Assembly (NCBI GenBank): GCA_947478395.1
Contig: CANJVR010000002.1
Coordinates: forward strand, 128,001-192,000
DNA: 64,000 nt
Direction of reading: 5' to 3'
DNA from: Opitutia bacterium
Lineage (GTDB): Bacteria > Verrucomicrobiota > Verrucomicrobiia > Opitutales > Opitutaceae
Shown: positions 40,621 through 49,759 of the stretch, piece after piece
Numbering within the stretch: position 1 is the first letter of the stretch
How the letters are laid out: each line of letters opens with the position of its first letter
Notes under the pieces: model-generated
Seen by the model: the letters and a program-made list of their open reading frames with translations, nothing else
Database searches by the model: none
Told to the model about the DNA's origin: nothing
Translations under genes and position numbers: made by a program

Positions 40621-40642
40621 GCGCCCACCCTAAATTCGTTCG

Positions 40643-43600
40643 GTGAAGCCACCACACCACGATAAAATTTCTCATTTTGCGGCGACGACCGCGCTATTTT
40701 TGACGTTCGCCGCGCTCGCCTTTTCGGCGGATGCGCGCGACGCCGCAGCCAGCCGACAAAAAGATGCCCCCGAAAAGGAGGTCGTTTCACTTCAAAGCTA
40801 CGTCGTGACGGGTTCCAATATTCGACGGCTCGACATGGAGAAGGTCGCGCCGATCACCGTGCTCAACACCGCAGCGATCGAGACGCGGAACGCCCTTACA
40901 CCGGTCGATCTCCTGACGTCGTTGCCGCAGGTCATCAGCCTCCCGGAAAACGAGACCCGGACGGGCTCTTCGGGCGCGCGCGGCGACAATGCCAACATCA
41001 ATTTCCGCAACCTCGGTGCCACGGCCACGCTGATTCTGGTGGACGGCCGTCGGATGGCGATCAACCCGATGACCGCCGGTCTTTCGCAGGCGGTGAACGT
41101 CAACCAACTCCCGAACCAAGGCATCGACCGCATCGAGGTGCTGCGCGATGGGGCGTCGTCGGTTTATGGCTCCGACGCCGTGGCCGGGGTGGTGAACTAC
41201 GTCATGCGTCGCGATTATCGCGGCACGGAGCTCACGGTGCGTCATGGTCGTCCCGAGCATGGTGGCGGCGAGTTCAGCGAGGCCACGCTGATGTTCGGCA
41301 CGCCTTTCGCCTCCGGTAAGGGGCGGCTCGTGTTGACGCTCGAGGGATTTTATCGCGAGGCGATCTACCTGCGTGATCGTGGCTACGCGCGCGTTTCGAA
41401 CACCACCGATCGGGCGCCCGCGCCATTCAATGTGCTCGGCAGTGCGTTTGATGCGCGCTCCGCCCGTGGATATTTCCCGCAGTTCCTCGTCGGCACCGCG
41501 ACGACCAATAATTACCTGAAGCTCGTCAGCGGCGTGCCCACACTCACGACCGTGGCGCCAACCCGCGCGGCTAACCCCGAATACTATCTCGACCTTAATC
41601 TCTTCACGATGGCGCAGCCCCGGGCGAAGCGCACCAACTCGTTTGCGACCGTCGAATTTGATCTCGCTCCGCAGGTCACCGCGTTCGCCGATTTTGGTTA
41701 CTATCGTTCGATCTCAACGATGGTGCGTCAGCCGCTGGCGCTTAACGCGCCGACCACCGACGCCTATGCGGTGTTGGCGGTGGACAATCCCTTCAATCCC
41801 TACGGCTCGCGCTTCTACGACGCCGCTGGTGCGTCCAACGCCGATGGCACGGCGCGTCTGACCGGTGCGCCGCGCACGGTGAGCCTGATTTCGGAAACAA
41901 TTCTCGATTTGCCGGTGGAGGAAATCAAAACGACCAACGATGCCGTGCGCGTGACCGCCGGCCTCAAGGGAAAACTCCCGCGCGACTGGTCGTGGGAAAG
42001 CGCTGGTTTTTTCAACCGCGTGCGCGGTCGCGACGATGGCAAGAACGACGTGCGCGAAAGTCTCTTCCAGTCCGCCCTTCAGCGCACCGACGCAGCCGCG
42101 TTCAACCCATTCGGCTACACCTTCAAGGTCGCTAACGGCGCCGTCGTGGTCGATCAGCCTTACAAGAATCCCAAGGCGGTCGTGGATGGTTTTGCGCGTC
42201 TCTTCTCGCGCACCGCTCAAAGTTACATTGCGAGTTGGGATGCTCACGCGACGGGTTCATTGTTGTCACTCTGGAGCGGCGATCTCCGCGCTGCGTTTGG
42301 CGCCGAGTATCGGCGCGAGGACCTCAAGGACTTGCGTCCTCCGTTCAGCGGCGAAAATCCCGCGGGCTCCGGTCTCGATCCGCTCAACAACGATTTCATT
42401 CTTCATCCGGCGCGGCCCGACGTGCGCGGCAATCGCTCCGTCACGAGCTTCTACGCGGAAACGGTGATCCCAATCGTCGCGCCGAAAAATAATATTCCGC
42501 TTTTCAATACCCTCGAGTTCACCGTCTCCGCGCGCCACGAAAAATACAGCGACTTCGGTGATACCACGAAGCCCAAGTACGGCGTCAATTGGCGTCCGCT
42601 CGCCGGCGTGATGCTGCGCGGTTCGTACAATGAGGGCTTCATGGCGCCGAGTCTCGCCGCGCTCTACACGAGTCCCCGCTGGAGCATTAGCGCCGGCGCC
42701 GGTGACATTGATCCTTATCGCAATCCTGTCACCAACGAGGGTCCGTACATTGCGCGTAATTATTTCGGCGGCAGTCCGACGCTGAAGGCCGCGGAATCGA
42801 AAGGTAAGACCGGGGGTATCGTCCTCGACGTGCCGTTCGTGAAGGGCCTCAGTGTCACGGCCGACTATTGGCAGGTGCGCCGCGTAAATCTCCTCGGCCA
42901 GCGCAGCACAACGCAGGTTTACATCAGCGACGTCGCGCTCCTCCAAGCCTACACGAAAGCCCAGCTCGCCGCCGGCAAACCGATCGACCAAATCGATGTC
43001 GGCAGCGGTACCGCCAACTACAAAGGCGACCCCGATGTCGTGCGCCTCGTGCCGACGGCGGCGGACAGCGCGACTTTCGCATCCTACAACGCCGCGAATC
43101 CCGGCAACCCGCAGGCCCTCGCCGGCCGGATTTTCTCCAACAACACGCCGTTTGTTAATCTCGCGAGTAGCTACGACGAGGGCGTCGATCTCAGCCTGAA
43201 CTACGTCCTGCCAAAACTGCCGCTCGGAAATATTACGATCAACGCGGATTGGTCCTACCTGACCGCCTCGCGCTCGACCACGGCGCCCTCGAACGTGGCG
43301 GCGATCTCGACCGACAACGTAAACGTCGGCGGCAACTCCCGCTGGCGCGGCACCACGACGATCGCCTGGCGCAGTGGCAACTGGGCCGCCTCGCTCGGCG
43401 CTTATTTCATCGGCGCTTCGCAAGACACGGGCGCGACCACCACCGCCGCCGTGTGGGAATCGCTCGGCCGCCCCGGCTATTTAGAAAAACAGTTCAACGC
43501 CGGCACCTACACGTACCGGTACGTCATCCACGATTCGACGACGCTCAACGCCTCCTTCGCCTATCGTTTCAACGCCAACACGAGCGAGTGGCTCCGACGC

Positions 43601-43741
43601 ACCCGCGTGCGCCTGGGCGTGATCAACTTCACTGACCGGGCCCCACCGCTGGCCTCCGGCCAATCCGCCTACAGCCCGGCGATCAATCAGAGCATGGTCC
43701 CCGGTCGCACCTGGACGCTTGAGCTCACGAAGGCATTCTAG
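40643..43741 (+). CDS. TonB-dependent receptor
   Basis: Signal peptide, VVTGSNIRR, plug TLILVDGRR and IDRIEVLRDGASSVYGSDAVAGVVN, YSDFG, C-terminal Phe. Confidence 0.96.
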   Translation: MKPPHHDKISHFAATTALFLTFAALAFSADARDAAASRQKDAPEKEVVSLQSYVVTGSNIRRLDMEKVAPITVLNTAAIETRNALTPVDLLTSLPQVISLPENETRTGSSGARGDNANINFRNLGATATLILVDGRRMAINPMTAGLSQAVNVNQLPNQGIDRIEVLRDGASSVYGSDAVAGVVNYVMRRDYRGTELTVRHGRPEHGGGEFSEATLMFGTPFASGKGRLVLTLEGFYREAIYLRDRGYARVSNTTDRAPAPFNVLGSAFDARSARGYFPQFLVGTATTNNYLKLVSGVPTLTTVAPTRAANPEYYLDLNLFTMAQPRAKRTNSFATVEFDLAPQVTAFADFGYYRSISTMVRQPLALNAPTTDAYAVLAVDNPFNPYGSRFYDAAGASNADGTARLTGAPRTVSLISETILDLPVEEIKTTNDAVRVTAGLKGKLPRDWSWESAGFFNRVRGRDDGKNDVRESLFQSALQRTDAAAFNPFGYTFKVANGAVVVDQPYKNPKAVVDGFARLFSRTAQSYIASWDAHATGSLLSLWSGDLRAAFGAEYRREDLKDLRPPFSGENPAGSGLDPLNNDFILHPARPDVRGNRSVTSFYAETVIPIVAPKNNIPLFNTLEFTVSARHEKYSDFGDTTKPKYGVNWRPLAGVMLRGSYNEGFMAPSLAALYTSPRWSISAGAGDIDPYRNPVTNEGPYIARNYFGGSPTLKAAESKGKTGGIVLDVPFVKGLSVTADYWQVRRVNLLGQRSTTQVYISDVALLQAYTKAQLAAGKPIDQIDVGSGTANYKGDPDVVRLVPTAADSATFASYNAANPGNPQALAGRIFSNNTPFVNLASSYDEGVDLSLNYVLPKLPLGNITINADWSYLTASRSTTAPSNVAAISTDNVNVGGNSRWRGTTTIAWRSGNWAASLGAYFIGASQDTGATTTAAVWESLGRPGYLEKQFNAGTYTYRYVIHDSTTLNASFAYRFNANTSEWLRRTRVRLGVINFTDRAPPLASGQSAYSPAINQSMVPGRTWTLELTKAF

Positions 43742-43764
43742 CTAAAAGCGCAGACGCTAACTAC

Positions 43765-43834
43765 GCCGCGGCAGGCGTCCCCGCCTGCCGCTACGAGGAC
43801 GCAGAACCCGGCAGGCGGAGACGCCTGCCGCTAA
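43765..43834. repeat. REP doublet (REPIN-like), family A, copy 3
   Basis: GCCGCGGCAGGCGTCCCCGCCTGCCG ... CGGCAGGCGGAGACGCCTGCCGCTAA, 70 bp, with the same downstream tail as copies 1 and 2. Confidence 0.85.
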
Positions 43835-43878
43835 CCAAAACGGTCCCGGAAAAAATTAAACCGCCCCAATCCACCATC

Positions 43879-44802
43879 ATGAAATTTCTTTTCCCTCTAT
43901 CCCTCTTCCTCGCGCTCGCGGCGTCGCTGCCGGCGGCTGAGCCCGCGACGCCGGCTAAGGCGGCGGCCGAACGCGACCTCAACCGCGAATGGCTCATGTC
44001 GTTGCCCGCTGCGCCCAAGCCGGAACTCACGCGGCACGGCCTCGTGGCCGAGGAGTTGCGCCGCTGGAAAGTGCGCGGCGCGAATCAAGGCGTGGCGGTC
44101 GACGCCAAATACTTTTACGGCATCGGAAACTATGTGGTGGGCAAATACGACAAGACGACCGGCGAGCGGGTCGGCGAATGGGTGGGGCTGCGCGGCGGCG
44201 CGACGATCCATCTCAACGGCGGCCTCATCCAAGACGGACAGCTCGTCATGGCGCACTCGAACTTTCCGCAGCTGCCGATGGCCAGTTCGCTCGAGTATTT
44301 CGATCCCATGACGGTGCAGCCGGTGAAGTCGCTCGCGATGGGCATCCGGCTTGGCTCGCTCACCTGGGCCGAACGGAAGGACGGTTTTTGGTGGGCGTGT
44401 TTTGCGAACTACAACGATCAAGGCACGACCCCCGGTTTCGACAACCGCTGGACGTATCTCGGGAAATTTGACGATCACTGGCAGATGATCGAGTCGTGGA
44501 TTTTTCCGCCGCAGATTGTCGCGGCTTGGGGCAAGAGCTCGAGTTCGGGTGGAAGCTGGGGTGACGACGGACTGCTTTACGTTACCGGCCACGACGAGAA
44601 GGAACTCTATGTGGTGCGTTTGCCCAAGATGGGGGTGGCCCTGGACTACGTCACGACGATCGCGGTGCCCTTCGAGGGCCAGTCGTGGGCGTGGGATCGC
44701 AGCGCGAAAGGGGAGCGCATTATTTATGGTATCTCGCGCGCCTTGGGCGATGTGATCGTAGCGCGCATCCCGGCGTTGCCGGCTGAGGTGCTCAAACGCT
44801 GA
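43879..44802 (+). CDS. Secreted hypothetical protein, probable beta-propeller
   Basis: Signal peptide; NQGVAVD, HLNGG, AHSNFP, GSLTW, SGGSWGDDGLLYVTGHD, GQSWAWD blade-like motifs. Confidence 0.75.
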   Translation: MKFLFPLSLFLALAASLPAAEPATPAKAAAERDLNREWLMSLPAAPKPELTRHGLVAEELRRWKVRGANQGVAVDAKYFYGIGNYVVGKYDKTTGERVGEWVGLRGGATIHLNGGLIQDGQLVMAHSNFPQLPMASSLEYFDPMTVQPVKSLAMGIRLGSLTWAERKDGFWWACFANYNDQGTTPGFDNRWTYLGKFDDHWQMIESWIFPPQIVAAWGKSSSSGGSWGDDGLLYVTGHDEKELYVVRLPKMGVALDYVTTIAVPFEGQSWAWDRSAKGERIIYGISRALGDVIVARIPALPAEVLKR

Positions 44803-44859
44803 ACGTAGCTGCGGCGCTTTCGGCTTTGTTTTCTACTCGGAAGCGGCTCTCGTCGGGCC

Positions 44860-45507
44860 ATGACGAGAGCCGAGCGCGCTGCCCTGATCGATCTGCGACT
44901 CGCGGAGCTCTATCCCGCGACGCCGATCCCGCTCGACCATCAGGATACGTTCACGCTGCTCGTGGCGGTGCTGCTTTCGGCGCAGAGCACGGATAAAGGC
45001 GTGAACAAAGTGACGCCCGCGCTCTTCGCGTGCGCGGACACGCCGGAGAAAATGATGCACGTGCCGGTGGAGCAGATCCGCGCGATCATCCGGCCCTGCG
45101 GGCTCTCGCCGCAAAAGGCCAAGGCGATCTCCGGGCTCTCACGCATTCTGGTCGAGCAGCACGCGGGCCAAGTGCCGCGGACCTTCGAGGAACTCGAGGA
45201 ACTGCCGGGTGTGGGGCACAAAACCGCGAGTGTCGTGATGGCGCAGGCGTTCGGCGTGCCGGCGTTTCCGGTCGACACGCACATCCACCGCCTCGCGCAA
45301 CGGTGGCAGCTTACGAACGGCCGAAGCGTGGAGCAGACCGAGCGCGATTTGAAAAAACTTTTCCCGCGCGAGCACTGGAACGCGTTGCATCTGCGCATCA
45401 TTTTTTACGGCCGTGAACATTGTAGCGCGCGGGGCTGCGACGGGACCGTGTGCGAGCTTTGCCGCACCGTGGTGCCCGGTAGAAAACGCGCCGTGCGCAC
45501 GAAGTGA
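44860..45507 (+). CDS. nth: Endonuclease III
   Basis: LLVAVLLSAQSTD, HhH LPGVGHKTA, FPVDTHIHR, GREHC...C...C..C Fe-S motif. Confidence 0.95.
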   Translation: MTRAERAALIDLRLAELYPATPIPLDHQDTFTLLVAVLLSAQSTDKGVNKVTPALFACADTPEKMMHVPVEQIRAIIRPCGLSPQKAKAISGLSRILVEQHAGQVPRTFEELEELPGVGHKTASVVMAQAFGVPAFPVDTHIHRLAQRWQLTNGRSVEQTERDLKKLFPREHWNALHLRIIFYGREHCSARGCDGTVCELCRTVVPGRKRAVRTK

Positions 45508-45521
45508 AATTTATCAGCAAC

Positions 45522-45546
45522 GTAGAACCGGGCCCCGCGCCCGGTT
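45522..45546 (+). repeat. Single GTAG REP-like hairpin
   Basis: GTAG-AACCGGGC-CCCGC-GCCCGGTT; a degenerate inverted partner lies at about 45611-45653. Confidence 0.55.
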
Positions 45547-45745
45547 ACCAGCGATCCGAATAACCCTCCGCCGTAGTTCAGCGCGGCTGGCCGACGTAGG
45601 CGCCGAGGTAAACCGGACGCGTGGCGATGGGGCCCGGAGGTCTAAATTCCACCTTGAAGTTGGGCGACTGCTCACGCCGTGGCCGTGTTTTTGAAAACAA
45701 GATTGATTCACGAGAAATGGCCGTTCACTTTCCCGCCTCTTAGTA

Positions 45746-45822
45746 GGACGCTTAGCTCAGTTGGTTAGAGCACGTGCTTCACACGCACGGGGTCGGCGGT
45801 TCGAGTCCGCCAGCGTCCACCA
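45746..45822 (+). tRNA. tRNA-Val (anticodon CAC)
   Basis: GGACGCT/AGCGTCC acceptor stem, D-arm AGCTCAGTTGGTTAGAGC, anticodon arm CGTGC-TTCACAC-GCACG, GGTTCGAGTCC T-arm, encoded CCA. Confidence 0.97.
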
Positions 45823-46096
45823 TTTTAAGGCAAGTAGATGTCCAATCGCTTTTAGTCCTAAAAAAAGGTCTAAAGTCTTAAAAAGATGCTAAGAATGGCC
45901 GAGGGTTGCCGACGACGCGGACGGAGAATTTCTCAACCTTTGAAAACGGAAAGTTGTTAAAAAAATCAGTCACTCGGACAGGCTCTAGGTCGCTTAACCC
46001 CTCCCAATTTTAGCCCGAGGGCTTCCTTACTCCCCCAAGCCCATGCATCGAGCCAATTGCCTTGGGTTTGCTCGCCGTTGTGCACACGGTTCAACA

Positions 46097-47023
46097 ATGA
46101 GAATGCTCATCCGCCTGCTCTGCGTGTTCGGGCTTTTGTTGTCGGTCGCTTTTGCGGAGTCGCTAGATGAGACGCGGAAAAAAGCTGAGTCCGGTGATTC
46201 CTTTGCGCAGTGGTTGCTCGGCGGCGCATACGCTAAAGGCAACGGCGTGCCGAAGGACTCTGCTGAAGCCGTGAAGTGGTGTCGCTTGGCGGCGGAGCAG
46301 GGTTTCGCCATGGCGCAGAGCGACCTCGGCTTGATGTACAAGAACGGCGAAGGCGTGGCGAAGGATTCCGCCGAGGCTGTGAAGTGGTATCGGAAGGCGG
46401 CAGCTACTGGTGATGCTGGCGGTCGATTTAATCTCGGGTTGTCATATGCCAATGGTGAAGGCGTGCCGGAGGACCTGATTCAAGCGCACTTCTGGTTAAA
46501 CCTCGCTGGAGCCGCAGAAGACGAGACCTACACTACTTTTGCCAAAATATCTCTTGCTCGGATTGAAGCGAAAATGAACGCCGAGCAAAAAGCTGAAGCG
46601 ATGAAGTTGGCACGAGAGATGTTTGAGCGCGAGACGACCGAGCGGTTAGCCGTTGCCAAGGCTCGGGCGGAAAAAGACGCCGCAGATAAAGCAGCGGTGG
46701 CGGAGCGAGTCGCGGCTATTAAGGCAGAGGCGGAAAAAAGAAGGCCGGACCGCTACCCAGTACCGACCTATCAGGTCAGGCCCGTTTACCCTTTCGAATC
46801 CCGCGCGGCCGGCAGGGCTGGTGACGTGTTGGTCAGCTATACGATTGATGTTCGCGGTAAGGTCATAAACGCCCGCGCAGTTAGATCTTCGGCCAAGGAG
46901 TTCGAAGCCGCTGCGGTAGCGGCAGTCGAAAAGTGGAAATTTCAACCTGCGATGAAAAATGGAAAAACGATTGAATGCGATCTGCAGGCGCCGATCGTCT
47001 TCACGCTTAGCGAGGAAAATTAG
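46097..47023 (+). CDS. Sel1-repeat plus TonB C-terminal domain fusion protein
   Basis: Signal peptide; three Sel1 repeats (AQ..LG..Y..G.GV.KD..EAVKW...AA); charged linker; PVYP...GDVLVSYTIDVRGKV...KWKFQPAMKNGK. Confidence 0.85.
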   Translation: MRMLIRLLCVFGLLLSVAFAESLDETRKKAESGDSFAQWLLGGAYAKGNGVPKDSAEAVKWCRLAAEQGFAMAQSDLGLMYKNGEGVAKDSAEAVKWYRKAAATGDAGGRFNLGLSYANGEGVPEDLIQAHFWLNLAGAAEDETYTTFAKISLARIEAKMNAEQKAEAMKLAREMFERETTERLAVAKARAEKDAADKAAVAERVAAIKAEAEKRRPDRYPVPTYQVRPVYPFESRAAGRAGDVLVSYTIDVRGKVINARAVRSSAKEFEAAAVAAVEKWKFQPAMKNGKTIECDLQAPIVFTLSEEN

Positions 47024-47158
47024 CCAGTGTCCAAAAGGGCTATTCGCGAAGCTGCCTAAGAAGTAGGAAAAGCCAGCCTTCTGATTCAACTAAGATAACA
47101 TTACACCTAGCCCAGTTTCCGGGACCCGCTCAATCCCGCCCACCGGAATTGAGCCCTC

Positions 47159-47890
47159 TTACTTCAACGCGGCCCAGACCCGTTGCACGTCGTCGTGATC
47201 GTCGAGTTCGTGGAGAAATTCGCCGACTTCCATTCGCGCGGCGTCGTCAAGTTCGGGATAATTTTTCGCCAGATAGCCGAGCTCGGCGGTCACGACGGTC
47301 CAGCCGTTTTTTGCGAGCCAAGTTGAAACGGCGTGCACGGCTTTGATATCCGTGACGAAGCGCGCCCCAGCGTGGCCCTCGGGAATGTCGTCGTTTTTCT
47401 CGTGCGACACGGGCTCGAAATCGTTCGCGCCGGCCTCGATTGCCGCGGCTTCGAGATCGCTGGCGGTGTCGGGATGGTGCGCCTCCACCAGCCCGACGTG
47501 ATCGAAAAGAAACTTGTTGCTCCCGGCCTGGCCGAGCACGCCCTTCTTGAAAAGCACGCGCATTTCCGGGGCCGTCCGCTGGTGATTGTCGGTGTAGACT
47601 TCGACGATGACCGGCACTTTGTGCGGCGCGTAGCCCTCGAAGGTGATGTGTTCGAGGACCAATTTGTCGTCGCCCACGCCAGCCCCTTTTTTGATCGCCC
47701 GCTCAATCACATCGCGGGTGACGCTGGCCTTCTTGGCCTTCTCCACGGCCGCGAATAGCCGGGCATTGGCGGCAGGATCGCCTCCACCCAGTTTCGCGGC
47801 CACACTGATTTCTTTGGTCAGTTTGCCCGAGATTTTGCTTTTCCGCTCGTTAACGATGGCGCGTTTCGCGTGAAGCCATTGACGTCCCAT
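47159..47890 (-). CDS. yebC: YebC/PmpR family protein
   Basis: MGRQWLH, GGGDPAANARL, IERAIKKG, FEGY, TDNHQRT, LDDHDDVQRV; ATG at 47890. Confidence 0.93.
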   Translation of the reverse strand: MGRQWLHAKRAIVNERKSKISGKLTKEISVAAKLGGGDPAANARLFAAVEKAKKASVTRDVIERAIKKGAGVGDDKLVLEHITFEGYAPHKVPVIVEVYTDNHQRTAPEMRVLFKKGVLGQAGSNKFLFDHVGLVEAHHPDTASDLEAAAIEAGANDFEPVSHEKNDDIPEGHAGARFVTDIKAVHAVSTWLAKNGWTVVTAELGYLAKNYPELDDAARMEVGEFLHELDDHDDVQRVWAALK

Positions 47891-47977
47891 AAGGTGGGCG
47901 AGACTTGCGGTTCGGTCCGGCGCGATCAACCTCGGAATATTCCGGTTGATCGCGACCCTCACCCCCGACGCTTTCTC

Positions 47978-48940
47978 ATGAACATCCGCATTCCTAAAGA
48001 TTGGGCACTTCCCGAATCGGCCGTGACGGCTGAATCGGTTTATCGTCTCCGTAATCGTCGCGATTTCCTCCGGTCCCTCGGGCTCGCGTCCGCCGGCTTG
48101 CTCGGCGCCCAAGCTTTGCGCGGAGCCACAGGGGGATTTCCCGCCAAGGAAAACGAACTCTATCCGGCCTCGGCGCTCAAACCGACGCCCTACGATTTCA
48201 TTACGAGCTACAATAATTTTTATGAGTTCGGCACGGACAAGTCGGCGCCCAAGGACAATGCGAAAGGCTGGAAGACGGAACCGTGGACCGTCGAACTGGC
48301 CGGGCTCATCCGGAAACCGGGGAAATTCGACGTCAACGACCTGATCGCAAAAGTTGGCGGGATCGAGGAGCGGGTGTATCGTCACCGTTGCGTCGAAGCT
48401 TGGTCGATGGTGATCCCGTGGGACGGTTTTTCGCTCGCGAAGCTCGTGACGCTGGCTGATCCGCTGCCGGAGGCGAAATACCTGAAGCTATCCTCGTTCA
48501 ACGATCCGAAAAATGTCGTGGGGCAGCGAACGGCCGTACTCGACTGGCCGTATGTGGAAGGCCTCCGGCTGGACGAGGCCATGAATGAATTGGCGTTCAT
48601 CGCGACAGGAATTTACGGCCAGCCGATCCCGAATCAGAACGGCGCGCCGTTGCGGCTCGTGACGCCGTGGAAATATGGCTTCAAGGGCATCAAATCGATC
48701 GTGAAGATTGAGTTTGTCGCGCAGCAGCCGAGGAACACGTGGTACGTGATGGCGCCGCGCGAGTACGGATTCTACGCCAATGTGAATCCAAACGTGGATC
48801 ATCCCCGCTGGTCGCAGGCGAGCGAGCGCGTGATTGGCGGCTCCTTTTTCGCCGGGAAACAGGCCACGTTGATGTTTAACGGCTACGAAAAACAAGTGGC
48901 CGGGCTCTACACCGGTTTGGATCTGGGGCGGAATTATTAG
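47978..48940 (+). CDS. msrP: Protein-methionine-sulfoxide reductase catalytic subunit MsrP
   Basis: Tat motif RRDFL, YNNFYEFGTDK, RHRCVEAWSMVIPW, NGAPLRLVTPWKYGFK, YGFYANVNP. Confidence 0.96.
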   Translation: MNIRIPKDWALPESAVTAESVYRLRNRRDFLRSLGLASAGLLGAQALRGATGGFPAKENELYPASALKPTPYDFITSYNNFYEFGTDKSAPKDNAKGWKTEPWTVELAGLIRKPGKFDVNDLIAKVGGIEERVYRHRCVEAWSMVIPWDGFSLAKLVTLADPLPEAKYLKLSSFNDPKNVVGQRTAVLDWPYVEGLRLDEAMNELAFIATGIYGQPIPNQNGAPLRLVTPWKYGFKGIKSIVKIEFVAQQPRNTWYVMAPREYGFYANVNPNVDHPRWSQASERVIGGSFFAGKQATLMFNGYEKQVAGLYTGLDLGRNY

Positions 48941-48952
48941 TGGAAATTTTTC

Positions 48953-49019
48953 AACCGCAGATATCGCGGATATCACGGGTTGAATGCCCCGATCCGTGCC
49001 ATCCGTGCCATCCGCGGTT
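48953..49019. repeat. Palindromic repeat with 9-bp internal periodicity, between msrP and msrQ
   Basis: AACCGCAGAT ATCGCGGAT ATCACGGGT ... ATCCGTGCC ATCCGTGCC ATCCGCGGTT. Confidence 0.75.
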
Positions 49020-49059
49020 AAGCGAAAAGGCTGCGGGCTTCCGGTGCTAAATTATTTCC

Positions 49060-49671
49060 ATGCTGCTCGAAAAAATCCTGCGCTCTAAGGTTTTCATCTG
49101 GATCCTGATCATTCTGCCGGGCCTTTGGCCGGCATGGCCGCTGTTACGGCAGGACCCGAGCGTGCTCGCCGATCCGGCAAAGTATCTGCTCCACCATATG
49201 GGCTTGGTCGCGTGCGTGCTGCTAGCGGTGGTGCTAACCTTCACGCCGCTGCGCGTCTTGTTTCCCAAGTCGAAGTTGGCGCTGGCGCTCAACCGTCACC
49301 GCCGGCTCGTGGGCGTCGCGGCTTTCGGGTATGCTCTCCTGCACCTGGGCTTTCATCTCGTGGAAGAAGGTGGGTTCGGCACGTTCATCAAAAATCTGCA
49401 AAAGCCTTTTATCCTGAGTGGGCTGACGACTTTCACCATCCTCCTCGCGCTAGCGGTCACGAGCCCGCATCGTGTCTTGCGGTGGATGGGTGCGATCAAG
49501 TGGAAGCGTTTGCATCGGCTCGTCTATCTAGCGGCGCCGCTAGCGGCGTATCACCAGGCCGCGGCGCGAAAGATTTTTCCGGTGCAGGTGCTCTGGATTT
49601 TTTTGCCGCTGGCCTTCCTCGAGTTGCTGCGGGTTTGGAAGCAACGCACCAAGCAGAGCGCCGCGGTTTGA
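49060..49671 (+). CDS. msrQ: Heme-binding membrane subunit MsrQ
   Basis: LTFTPLR, RRLVGV..FGY..LH, LAVTS, WKRLHRLVY; follows msrP. Confidence 0.9.
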   Translation: MLLEKILRSKVFIWILIILPGLWPAWPLLRQDPSVLADPAKYLLHHMGLVACVLLAVVLTFTPLRVLFPKSKLALALNRHRRLVGVAAFGYALLHLGFHLVEEGGFGTFIKNLQKPFILSGLTTFTILLALAVTSPHRVLRWMGAIKWKRLHRLVYLAAPLAAYHQAAARKIFPVQVLWIFLPLAFLELLRVWKQRTKQSAAV

Positions 49672-49759
49672 AAAAACCGGAGGGTTCGGCGTAGCGCGCG
49701 GCTTTAGTCCGCGTTCTGAAATTCCAACACGCGGGCTGAAGCACCGCGCGCCTCACGGA

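Noticed and set aside
40272..40642. Glycine riboswitch upstream of gcvP
   Set aside because: No GGAGA...CCGAAG...CTCTCAGG aptamer motifs on the minus strand
1151..43834. Family A repeats as a CRISPR array
   Set aside because: Copies are tens of kb apart and are inverted doublets, with no repeat-spacer periodicity and no cas genes
45823..47158. Intact integrative element or prophage at tRNA-Val
   Set aside because: No integrase and no duplicated tRNA 3' end (attR) found; kept only as a possible eroded islet
47159..48385. 408-aa YebC with a long N-terminal extension
   Set aside because: The extension is antisense to msrP; the family start MGRQW is at 47890
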